A DNA stretch of 64,000 nucleotides, taken from Candidatus Alloenteromonas pullistercoris (GTDB lineage Bacteria > Bacillota_I > Bacilli_A > RFN20 > CAG-826). The stretch lies in NCBI GenBank assembly GCA_017694295.1, contig JADINA010000012.1, forward strand, positions 3,150 to 67,149, in the 5' to 3' direction. Below, piece after piece: positions 25,630 to 34,207 of the stretch (positions within the stretch are counted from its first letter, which is position 1; the number at the start of each line of letters is the position of its first letter). Under the pieces are notes generated by a model. It made no database searches and had not been told where the DNA came from. It saw only the letters and a program-made list of their open reading frames with translations. The position numbers and the translations under genes were made by a program.

Positions 25630-26019
25630 CTAGGCGCTTGGGAGCTTATCGCTCATTTCGTTGACCGTCTTCTGAATGACCTGGACTTGGTCCTTGTCCA
25701 ACACGCCGGTAAGGAAAAGAAGGGAGAAGGAAGCGGAGAGGAAGCCGAGGTTGAGGATCGGCATCGATTCCATCGGGAAAGCCATCATGTCCATCGAAAG
25801 GGTGCAGATGGAGCGAGCGAAGGAGACGGCATGCTCAAGCACCTCGTCGGATTTGCCGTTTACTTTGGCGTAGGCCTCGATTTTGTCGATTATCGGGGTG
25901 AAGCGCTCCGGATCGGTTGGGAAGTTCTCGGGAAAGTCGATTTGCCCCCTTATCTCCTCCTGCTGCTCCTTGGTCAGATATTTGTTGGGGGTGAAGGGAT
26001 CGCGGGCTATGAAATTCAT
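25630..26019 (-). CDS. Hypothetical protein (129 aa)
   Basis: ATG start 12 nt after the HAD gene stop, with GGAGGAGAGAGA upstream. I recognise no family. Confidence 0.55.
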   Translation of the reverse strand: MNFIARDPFTPNKYLTKEQQEEIRGQIDFPENFPTDPERFTPIIDKIEAYAKVNGKSDEVLEHAVSFARSICTLSMDMMAFPMESMPILNLGFLSASFSLLFLTGVLDKDQVQVIQKTVNEMSDKLPSA

Positions 26020-26031
26020 TTCTCTCTCCTC

Positions 26032-26685
26032 CTACTTTGATTTTAACGCCCCAAACGCTTTAGGCAAGACATATGCAAGCTCTTTGAAGGAAGAGATGGC
26101 GAATTCGGGGTTGGCCGCTTTGCCAAAGCCATAGGCGCAGTAGACGAAACGGAGCCCGGCTTTGTGGGCGGCCTCCTCGTCTTTCATGGTGTCGCCGACG
26201 TAGATGGCCTCCTTAAGCGAATAGGCCTTCATCAACGCTTTGATTGTCACGGCCTTCTCCGCTTTCGTGTCATCGAAGCACATATGGCCGTCGAAGGTCC
26301 CCTCCGGAAGCAAGGGGAGGAAGGTCTCAATATACCCGCTTTGGCAGTTGCTCACTATGAAAAGGCGGTATTTTACTTTCAATGAGGCTAGGGTCTCCCC
26401 CACCCCATCCATCAACGTCCCTGGATGATTGGCCAAATAGGCGTTTTCGCTCTCGAATAGTTCCTTTCCGACCTCCTTGGCCCTCTCCGCGGGGCAAGAA
26501 GGGCCGAGAAGGCTAAAGGCGATCTCATCCATCGTCTTCCCCATTTGGGCTTTGACATCATCTGGGGTCAAAGAAAAGCCGGGCCCAAGCAATCGAGCGC
26601 CCACTTGGCTCCAGCATTCGGCGACTTGGGCGGAGGAATCCCAAAGGGTACCGTCCAAATCGAATATGACGGAGTTTTCTTTCAT
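26032..26685 (-). CDS. HAD-superfamily hydrolase (subfamily IA, phosphoglycolate-phosphatase-like)
   Basis: Motif I VIFDLDGTLWDS, motif II IVSNC, and motif IV YVGDTMKDEEAAHKAG. ATGA overlap with the upstream gene. Confidence 0.75.
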   Translation of the reverse strand: MKENSVIFDLDGTLWDSSAQVAECWSQVGARLLGPGFSLTPDDVKAQMGKTMDEIAFSLLGPSCPAERAKEVGKELFESENAYLANHPGTLMDGVGETLASLKVKYRLFIVSNCQSGYIETFLPLLPEGTFDGHMCFDDTKAEKAVTIKALMKAYSLKEAIYVGDTMKDEEAAHKAGLRFVYCAYGFGKAANPEFAISSFKELAYVLPKAFGALKSK

Positions 26686-27374
26686 TCGGAAAGAGTCGAC
26701 TCAATGCCGCGCGGCTCAAAATCCGAGCGGAAATTGGTCCAAATGATCAGCAAGAAGACCAATAGGAAGTAACGGGTCACCCCATATCCGCACCAGAAGA
26801 CAATGTCGCCGTCATGGGAGAAGGCGTCGAGCAGGGAATAGCTCGAAACGAAGGTGAGATAGAGGGAAAGCACGGCGAGGATGGCGATCACGTAATAGGC
26901 GGTGACGCAGTCGCCATCGAGGCTTTTCTTAACGAAGAAGACGGCCATCGCGGCGATCAAAGCCGCGCTTAGGAAGTCGGTTAAGCCGTTTAAAAGCTCT
27001 TCGTTGGTGACGTGGTAGATGCCGCGGGTCAGGCAAAAGGCGAAAAGGCAAAGCGAGCCGAGCACCGTCACCCCGATGTGACTCGACTTCTTCCTGAACT
27101 GGTGGTCAAGTAGGAAGATGAGCAAGAAGACGGCGACGACGATGACGAAGGCCAAGGAAATCCCCGCCTCCCCGGTATGGAGATAGGAATCGGCGGTATG
27201 GTCGCCGGTGAAGGCAATCGACCCGTCGGGCATCTCGATTTTATAGGGATTGAAAGCAAGCGGGTCCGCAAAAGCGGCCAATAGGTAATAGAAGACCGGG
27301 ATCGTCAAAAGCAAAAGAAGAAACGAAACGAAGCCCAGCAGCGAAATCCCGAGGCTTTTGAAGAACTTGATCAT
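26682..27374 (-). CDS. Hypothetical polytopic membrane protein (230 aa)
   Basis: About six hydrophobic helices. ATGA overlaps with oppF (27371-27374) and with the HAD gene (26682-26685). Confidence 0.6.
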   Translation of the reverse strand: MIKFFKSLGISLLGFVSFLLLLLTIPVFYYLLAAFADPLAFNPYKIEMPDGSIAFTGDHTADSYLHTGEAGISLAFVIVVAVFLLIFLLDHQFRKKSSHIGVTVLGSLCLFAFCLTRGIYHVTNEELLNGLTDFLSAALIAAMAVFFVKKSLDGDCVTAYYVIAILAVLSLYLTFVSSYSLLDAFSHDGDIVFWCGYGVTRYFLLVFLLIIWTNFRSDFEPRGIESTLSE

Positions 27375-28768
27375 TGCTTTCCCTCCTTTGACGAATCGAT
27401 TTGAGCAATCTCAGCCCGGTATTTGGCCTCCTCCTCGTCGTTGCAAAGGACGAAGTGCCCGGGAAGCAATTCGCGGAAAGTCGGTTTTTGCTTCGAATAA
27501 TCGTGGGTTTCGGAAGGGTTATACACCTTCCTCACCCTGTTCTTCTCCGAAGCCGGGTCGGGCTTAGGAATGGCCGAAAGCAAGGCTTTGGTGTAAGGAT
27601 GGAGCGGGTGGCGGAAGAGCTCCTCGGAGCTGGCGAGCTCGACCATGTCGCCGAAATACATGACCCCGATGCGGTCGCAGAAATATTTGACGACGGAGAG
27701 GTCATGGGCGATGAAAAGCATGGTGAGGCCCATCTCGTCTTTGATTTGGTTAAGCAAATTGAGGATTTGCGCCCGAATCGAGACGTCGAGGGCGGAAATC
27801 GGCTCATCGCAGATCAGGAGCTTCGGGTTCATGATAAGGGCCCTGGCGATGCCGATGCGCTGCCTTTGCCCGCCGGAGAACTCATGCGGGTAGCGGGAGG
27901 CGTATTCGGGGATAAGGCCGACTTTCTTTAGTACGTCCTCGACCGCGGCCCGGTTATCCTTCTTATTGCGCATCCCCTGGATCTTCAAGCCCTCGGTAAT
28001 GATGTCCTCGACCGTCATGCGGGGGTCAAGGGAGTCAATCGGGTCTTGGAAGATCATCTGGATCTCGTTGCGGAGCCTTTGCGAGGAATGCTTGTTGTCG
28101 TAGCGGATCTGCTTTATTTTCGCCTTCTGCTCGGAGACTATGGCGTTGGTGTGGTCTTTGATCTTTTGGATTTGCAGCCCATAGGAATCGATGAGGCTTT
28201 GCCTTTCCTCCTCGGAAGAGGCTTCGGAAAGTTTTTCCCTCAGTTCCTTCTTGATGGCTTTGATGGCGGAGCGGTCGCGGATGCGGGTCCACTTGATCTC
28301 CTTTTCGTTCCACCGGCTTCCGGCGGCGACCCGATAGCCTTTGTAGTAAACCGAGCCCGAGGTAAGCGGGTAAAGCCCGATGATGGCGCGGCCGGTCGTG
28401 GTCTTGCCGCATCCGGATTCGCCGACTAGGCCAAAGCATTCGCCCTCTTTGACCTGGAAGGAGATGTCATGGACGGCCTTGGTTTTGTATTCGCCGGATT
28501 TGAAGAACTCCTTAAGGTGGCGGACGTCGAGGATGACGTGGTTTTCCATCAAACTCGGGTCATAGGTCACCCCGTGGAGGGAAAGGGCGTATTTGGCGTT
28601 TTTGACGTCCTCCAAAAGCTTTTTCCTTTCCTTTTCCAAACTGGGGTCGAGCTCCACGCCCTTATAGCGCGTCCGGAAATCGGCTAAGGCCATCTTGGCG
28701 GCCTTAAGGTTTTCCTTCAATTGCTCCTTTTCGGAAGAGGATGCGGTTTTCTTAACGTTTTCTTCCAT
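27371..28768 (-). CDS. oppF: Oligopeptide ABC transporter ATP-binding protein OppF, with N-terminal extension and internal insertion
   Basis: Walker A GLVGESGCGKTTTG, Q-loop IQMIFQDPIDSLDP, signature FSGGQRQRIGIARAL, and Walker B LLICDEP. ATG 28768 overlaps the oppD stop (TGATG); the track start at 28771 is a GTG. Confidence 0.85.
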   Translation of the reverse strand: MEENVKKTASSSEKEQLKENLKAAKMALADFRTRYKGVELDPSLEKERKKLLEDVKNAKYALSLHGVTYDPSLMENHVILDVRHLKEFFKSGEYKTKAVHDISFQVKEGECFGLVGESGCGKTTTGRAIIGLYPLTSGSVYYKGYRVAAGSRWNEKEIKWTRIRDRSAIKAIKKELREKLSEASSEEERQSLIDSYGLQIQKIKDHTNAIVSEQKAKIKQIRYDNKHSSQRLRNEIQMIFQDPIDSLDPRMTVEDIITEGLKIQGMRNKKDNRAAVEDVLKKVGLIPEYASRYPHEFSGGQRQRIGIARALIMNPKLLICDEPISALDVSIRAQILNLLNQIKDEMGLTMLFIAHDLSVVKYFCDRIGVMYFGDMVELASSEELFRHPLHPYTKALLSAIPKPDPASEKNRVRKVYNPSETHDYSKQKPTFRELLPGHFVLCNDEEEAKYRAEIAQIDSSKEGKQ

Positions 28769-30744
28769 CACTTCTCCCCTCCTTCCTTGGCGAGTTCATC
28801 GGCCTTGGCCTCTTTTTTTGCCGCGGCCGGCTTCCTAGTCGAGGCCTTTTTGGCCTTCGAAAGCGAGTTCTTAATGCGGGTTGAGACGATAGTCGGCATC
28901 TCGGTTTTGGGCGAGCGCGGATCCAAAAGCCAGGTAGCGGCGTAATGGGTCGGGCTAAGCTCAAACATCGGGGGCTCTTCCTTGAAATCGATGCCCATGG
29001 CGTATTTGCTGCGGAGGGCGAAGGCATCGCCTTTAGGCGGGAAGAGCATATTCGGCGGGGTGCCGGGGATGGCTTCGAGCTTCTCCTTCGAATCGACGTC
29101 GGGGATGGAGGAAAGCAAAGCCCAGGTATAGGGGTGGGCGGGCTTGTAGAACACTTCTTCGGCCTTGCCGTATTCGACGATCTTGCCGGCGTACATGACG
29201 GCGACGCGGTCGGCCATGTTGGCGACGACTCCGAGGTCGTGGGTGATGAAGATGACCGACATGTGGTGCTTGGCCTTAAGCTCGTTGATGAGCTCGAGGA
29301 TCTGGGCTTGGATGGTGACGTCGAGGGCGGTGGTCGGCTCATCGCAGATGAGGATGTCGGGGTGGGCGGTGAGGGCGATAGCGATGACGATGCGCTGCCT
29401 CATGCCGCCGGAGAACTCGAAAGGATATTGGTAGAAGCGGCGTTCCGGCTGCGGGATGCCGACCTCGGCCATGATCTTGAGGGCCCTTTCCTTGGCCTCG
29501 CGGTGGGTGACGCGGTGCTTGGAGAGGTAGCGGCGATGTTCGAGGAGGAAACGCTCATAGGCATCGGAGAAATCCGGGAAATGAAGAAGCCGGCTGACGA
29601 GGGGCTTCAAAATGGCCCGATGCTCGTCCCTGGCCCCGAATTTCTTTTGGTAAACCTTAGCCTTGGCGTCTTTGCAGGCGGAATCATAAGTCTTTTTGGC
29701 ATCGCGGTAGGCAAGCTTTGCCGAGTTATAGGCGACTTTGGATTCGCTTGACCCGTTAAGGGCCTTTTTGGCGTTTTCAAGCTCGGCTTTGGCGTCTTTA
29801 AAGGCGTTAAGCGAGGAATTGACCAACGAGGCGTAAAGGTCGATGAGGTCATCTTCCTTAACGTCGTTCTTCGGATCGGACTTATAGGCTTTGTAGCGGG
29901 CGTTTTCCGCCTTGATGTCGGCGATCGCCTTCTTGGTTTCCTTCATGTCGAAGAAGGAACGCAAAATCGGCTTCAGGTTGGTCTTATGCTCAACAACCCA
30001 CTCCGCTTTACGGGCTTTGACCTTGATCTTGGCTTCCTTTTTGGCCACGTTGTAGGCCTTTTTGTCCTCAGCGATGGTCGACTTAAGCTCGTTTTTGCGG
30101 GATTCGAAGTCGCTTTTGGTCCTATTCAGCTCATCGATGAAAGGGGTCGGGTCGAATTCGCTTTCGCTATCTTTTGCAAGCTTCATGGCGTTTTTGCGCC
30201 TTTTCGCGATGTCCGCCTTCTTCTGCTTAAAGGCGTTTTTGGCCAAAACGAGGAGCCGCTCATCGTTTTTGAGCTTGATGTATTCCTCGTTGGTAAGCTC
30301 CTTGAAGTAGTTTTGCAGATGATGCCCGTTGATGAGCATGACCTCGGTGATCTGCTTGCCGATGCGCATAATCGGGTTAAGCGAGCTAAGCGGATCTTGG
30401 AAGATCATGCCGATCTTGGTGCCGCGGATGTTGTGGAACTCATCCTCGGAGATCTGGGTGAGGTCCTCACCTTCGTAGATGATGGAGCCGGATTCAATGC
30501 GGGCGCTTTTGGGGAGTATGCCCATGATGGTCTTGTTGGTGACCGATTTGCCAGATCCCGACTCGCCGACGATGCAAAGCGTCTCCTCCTTGTGGAGGTC
30601 GAAGCTCACGCCCCGAACGGCATGGACCATGCCTTCGTCGGTTTTGAATGAGATGGCGAGGTTGCGGACGGAAAGGACGACGTCCTTGTCGTTTTCCCCT
30701 TCGCCGACCGAAGCGGGATAATCGATGATTTTGTAGTTAGCCAT
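28768..30744 (-). CDS. oppD: Oligopeptide ABC transporter ATP-binding protein OppD, with a ~270-aa Lys-rich helical insertion and a Lys-rich C-terminal tail
   Basis: Walker A IVGESGSGKS, Q-loop IGMIFQDPLSSLNP, then about 270 aa before signature FSGGMRQRIVIAIAL, and Walker B ILICDEP. C-terminal KAKKASTRKPAAAKKEAKADELAKEGGEK. Confidence 0.85.
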   Translation of the reverse strand: MANYKIIDYPASVGEGENDKDVVLSVRNLAISFKTDEGMVHAVRGVSFDLHKEETLCIVGESGSGKSVTNKTIMGILPKSARIESGSIIYEGEDLTQISEDEFHNIRGTKIGMIFQDPLSSLNPIMRIGKQITEVMLINGHHLQNYFKELTNEEYIKLKNDERLLVLAKNAFKQKKADIAKRRKNAMKLAKDSESEFDPTPFIDELNRTKSDFESRKNELKSTIAEDKKAYNVAKKEAKIKVKARKAEWVVEHKTNLKPILRSFFDMKETKKAIADIKAENARYKAYKSDPKNDVKEDDLIDLYASLVNSSLNAFKDAKAELENAKKALNGSSESKVAYNSAKLAYRDAKKTYDSACKDAKAKVYQKKFGARDEHRAILKPLVSRLLHFPDFSDAYERFLLEHRRYLSKHRVTHREAKERALKIMAEVGIPQPERRFYQYPFEFSGGMRQRIVIAIALTAHPDILICDEPTTALDVTIQAQILELINELKAKHHMSVIFITHDLGVVANMADRVAVMYAGKIVEYGKAEEVFYKPAHPYTWALLSSIPDVDSKEKLEAIPGTPPNMLFPPKGDAFALRSKYAMGIDFKEEPPMFELSPTHYAATWLLDPRSPKTEMPTIVSTRIKNSLSKAKKASTRKPAAAKKEAKADELAKEGGEK

Positions 30745-30746
30745 AA

Positions 30747-32972
30747 TTATTCATCCGCTCCTTTCAAAGCCGGGTTGAAGGCATCGCGCAAGCCGTTGCC
30801 GAAGAGGTTGAAGCAAATCATGATGAGGGCCATGACGATCGAGGCCGACACAATCAAATACGGGTAGAGGGTCAAATCGCCTTGGACGTTGGACAAGGTG
30901 ATGCCGAAGGATTGGGCCCCGCCGAAGCTAAGAAGTGTCGGCATGAGGTAGGCGACGTTGGCCTCGGAGAAGATGACCGAGGGGATCATGAGGACGGAGC
31001 TCGTGATGATGGGCCCGATGCCGTTAGGCAGGATGTGCTTGAAGATGAGCCTGGCGTCGCTTGCGCCCAAAGTCCTGGAGGCAAGGACGTATTCCCGTCC
31101 CTTGTAGCGGTAGAATTGCCGCCTCGTCTCGGCGGCCACCCCAATCCAGCCGGTAAGGCAAAGGGCGAGCAGGAACGTCCAGAAGCTTGAGCCCATAAGC
31201 AAGACGATCAAGGTCATCATGACGATGAAGGGCATGCCGCCGAGGATCTCGCAGAAGCGTTCCATCAGCAAGTCGGTCCAGCCGCCGAAGTAGCCGGAGA
31301 TCGCACCCCAGATGAGGCCGATGAGGATGTTGATGGCCGAGCTAAGCAACCCAAGGCCAAGTGAGGTCAATAGGCCGGAGAAGACAACCTTGAAGAAGTC
31401 TTTGCCGTTCCTATCGGTGCCAAAGAAGTATTTCGGCATCTTGCATGAGCCGATCGTCCCGGCGAAATAAAGCTGCCGGTAAAGTGACTGGGTCCCCGAG
31501 ATCTGGATGGTAACCGTCGGGTTATTTGGGTCCATGAGATTAGGTTGGGCCTTAATAGTCTGGATGTTGCGAAGCGGGCAATAGGTGTCGCCCTCCCCGG
31601 TGAGGATGAGGTTGACGCTATTGTAGGTTTTGCGAACGGTCGGCCAAACCGGGGCATCCATCGAGCCGTCGTTTTTGTAGAAGACGGTGGTGGTTCCGTT
31701 ATCTTCGGTTGCGGAAATCTCCTCAATCCAGCCGTTGCGGATGTATCCGGCGATGTCGTTTCTGGTGAATTCGATGCCGCTTACATCGCCGAATGCGGCC
31801 GCGTAATAGTCGTAGCGGAACGAACCATAGGTGACCTCAGACCGGTAAATGCCTAAAGATGTGGCGTCGCCATAACGGGAATAGGAACCCGAGGAGACGG
31901 CGTCCATCGCCCCATAGGCAGCGGTCGCATCGCTCCAGGAAATGGAAGAAAGCGCGCCTGCTGACGAAGCTGTCTCAATCGATTCGACGTATATGGAGTT
32001 GGCGGTGTCGACTACCTCCTCCGGAGCAGAGATGACAATGGCGAAGCGCCCGGTAAGCGCGTCGCCCTCATGCCCAGCAAGGGCCTCGCTTTCCGATAAA
32101 GTCGCGGCGATGTCGGTCGCCTCAAGGGTAACCTGGTCGGTTATCTCAACCGGCTCGGTGAGCGGGATCATGATGACCGAATCGGGGGAGATGACGGCGG
32201 AGGATTCGCCTTCTTCTTCCCCTTCCCCATCCTCGCTCTCGTCGCCTTCGGCCATAATAGCGACCTCGGGTTCGTCGGTCGTAGAGCCGGATTCCGGGTT
32301 GGGGATGGCAAAGCCAAGATAGGTGTAAAGGTGGCCTTCGTCGCTATTTTGGCTTGAGGCGCCTTCATAGAAATTGGCTTTATACGAAAGCGATTCGTCG
32401 GAAAGGGAAATGGTGACGGAGGGGGAGATGATGCCGGAAGGGGCGGAATTGAAGTTGCCGGCTTCGTCGTTTTCGGAGCCGTTCCCGATGCGGAGCGCCC
32501 CGTTTTTGCCATAATTCTTAACGGCGGTCGTCCAAGTCGACGAATACGATTCGGACTTATCGATCTCGCCGATGATGGCATAGGACTCGTAGTTGGAATC
32601 GGCGGGCAGGTTGTCGAATTGGTCAAGGACGACGTTTTCGACCCTTCCTGTCCCGTCGAAGAACCCGTTTAGGTCGCCATCAAACCATTTCGGCGGCAGA
32701 TAGGACTGGGTGGCCGAAGGGGTGGTGATGTCGTTTTTGTTGGCGACTGGTACGATTATGGCCATCGCGATCAAGACGAAAAGGATGCAACCGGCCACGA
32801 CCGAGGAGCGGTTTTTGACGAAGCGCTTCATCGCGTCTTTGAAATATGTCGTCGGCTTGGTGGAGAACTTCTGGTCGTGGATGGAGGCGTCTTGCTGGAC
32901 GAATTCAAAATCCTTGGCCTCAGAATACGTGCTGGCCGCTTCGGGTTCGATGTTGGTTTTCTTTCTAGCCAT
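30747..32972 (-). CDS. oppC: Oligopeptide ABC transporter permease OppC with a ~445-aa extracytoplasmic insertion after TM1
   Basis: C-terminal ~220 aa are a typical OppC/BPD_transp_1 core (GTDRNGKDFF..., LASRTLGASDARLIFKHILPN). TM1 is VVAGCILFVLIAMAIIVPVA, followed by a long non-hydrophobic region that includes the acidic run EGDESEDGEGEEEGESS. Confidence 0.85.
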   Translation of the reverse strand: MARKKTNIEPEAASTYSEAKDFEFVQQDASIHDQKFSTKPTTYFKDAMKRFVKNRSSVVAGCILFVLIAMAIIVPVANKNDITTPSATQSYLPPKWFDGDLNGFFDGTGRVENVVLDQFDNLPADSNYESYAIIGEIDKSESYSSTWTTAVKNYGKNGALRIGNGSENDEAGNFNSAPSGIISPSVTISLSDESLSYKANFYEGASSQNSDEGHLYTYLGFAIPNPESGSTTDEPEVAIMAEGDESEDGEGEEEGESSAVISPDSVIMIPLTEPVEITDQVTLEATDIAATLSESEALAGHEGDALTGRFAIVISAPEEVVDTANSIYVESIETASSAGALSSISWSDATAAYGAMDAVSSGSYSRYGDATSLGIYRSEVTYGSFRYDYYAAAFGDVSGIEFTRNDIAGYIRNGWIEEISATEDNGTTTVFYKNDGSMDAPVWPTVRKTYNSVNLILTGEGDTYCPLRNIQTIKAQPNLMDPNNPTVTIQISGTQSLYRQLYFAGTIGSCKMPKYFFGTDRNGKDFFKVVFSGLLTSLGLGLLSSAINILIGLIWGAISGYFGGWTDLLMERFCEILGGMPFIVMMTLIVLLMGSSFWTFLLALCLTGWIGVAAETRRQFYRYKGREYVLASRTLGASDARLIFKHILPNGIGPIITSSVLMIPSVIFSEANVAYLMPTLLSFGGAQSFGITLSNVQGDLTLYPYLIVSASIVMALIMICFNLFGNGLRDAFNPALKGADE

Positions 32973-32974
32973 AA

Positions 32975-34027
32975 TTACTTCTTAGCCCCCATTCTGATGC
33001 GCGGGTCAACGATGCCATAGCTTAAGTCGACCAGCAACGTGGCGAACAAGCCGATGGTCGTGTAGACGGCCATGTCGACCATGATGACCGGATAGTCTTG
33101 GGCGTTGATGGCATTGACGAAAAGGGTGCCGATGCCGGGGATGCCGTAAATCTGTTCCAAAACCATCGAGCCGGAGATTATCGAGACGAATTGCCCGATG
33201 ATCATCGGAACGATAGGGACAAGCGAGTTGCGCAGGGCGTGGCGGACGACGGATTGCCCGCGGGTAAGGCCCTTGGTCCTCGCTAGTAGCAAGAACTCAC
33301 TTGACATGACCTCGCAAAGCTCGGCCCTCGTGTAGCGGGCAAAGGAGCAAATCGAGCCAAAAGACAATGACAATACCGGTATGACGTAGGCCTCGACGGC
33401 AAGTAGCGGGTCGGCGGCGGCGTTGGCTTCGCTAGGCCAGCGCATCGGCCATCCGTCGATGTTGCCAAAGCCAATGAGGAGGAAGGAAATCAAGACGAAG
33501 GAGGGGACGGAGATGAAGATCATGATGATGGTCGAGATGGTGGCGTCGACCCAGGTGTTCTTCTTCAAAGCCGCCCAAATGCCAAGCCCGAGCCCAAGCG
33601 GAATCGAGACGATGATGGAGACGATGTTGAGCTTCATCGAGGCCGGAAGGCGCATGGCGATGATCGAGATGACGTTTTGGTTTAAAGCGACCGAGGTCGA
33701 AGTTCCCCAATCCCATTTGCCGAAGACGTTGCAAAGCCACACCCAATAACGGTAAAGGATCGGGTAGGGGGCGTAATAATAACGCTGCCCGTTGATCTCG
33801 GCCCATTCCTCCCACTTGCCGGCGGCGATGTCGCCGGGGTTGGTGACCCGGTAATAGAAGCCAAGGGTAACCTGGTTTTCCCAGTAACGGTATTCCTCGG
33901 TAAAGCTTGATGTATTGATGTTAGGAGGCAAGCATTGCAGGAGGATATAAGTGACGGAGAGGATGATGAAAAGCGTAAGCAAAATGAAGATAATCCTCTC
34001 TATCACGTATTTGGCACTGTCTTTCAT
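32975..34027 (-). CDS. oppB: Oligopeptide ABC transporter permease OppB
   Basis: N-terminus YVIERIIFILLTLFIILSVTYILL and the EAA-type block LLARTKGLTRGQSVVRHALRNSLVPIVPMI. About six TM helices. Confidence 0.9.
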   Translation of the reverse strand: MKDSAKYVIERIIFILLTLFIILSVTYILLQCLPPNINTSSFTEEYRYWENQVTLGFYYRVTNPGDIAAGKWEEWAEINGQRYYYAPYPILYRYWVWLCNVFGKWDWGTSTSVALNQNVISIIAMRLPASMKLNIVSIIVSIPLGLGLGIWAALKKNTWVDATISTIIMIFISVPSFVLISFLLIGFGNIDGWPMRWPSEANAAADPLLAVEAYVIPVLSLSFGSICSFARYTRAELCEVMSSEFLLLARTKGLTRGQSVVRHALRNSLVPIVPMIIGQFVSIISGSMVLEQIYGIPGIGTLFVNAINAQDYPVIMVDMAVYTTIGLFATLLVDLSYGIVDPRIRMGAKK

Positions 34028-34156
34028 CTTTGATAATCACTCGCTTTCCGGGGATGGCCCCCTACTGCTTTTTGGATAGAGAACGCTGTTTCGGCTTTAG
34101 CCAGCCGGCCGCCCGGGTAAGATTAAACCCGAAACAACGTTTTGACAAGGCAAGAA

Positions 34157-34186
34157 GAGCCGCCCCCACGGGCGTGGGAGCGGCTC
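34157..34186. other. GC-rich intercistronic hairpin between oppA and oppB
   Basis: GAGCCGCCCCCAC-gggc-GTGGGAGCGGCTC, a ~13-bp stem with one mismatch. It sits in the 180-nt oppA-oppB gap. The clear T-run lies only on the plus-strand side, so it is not a classical terminator for the minus-strand operon. Confidence 0.6.
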
Positions 34187-34207
34187 CCTTTTTGGAAGAA
34201 TCGGACC

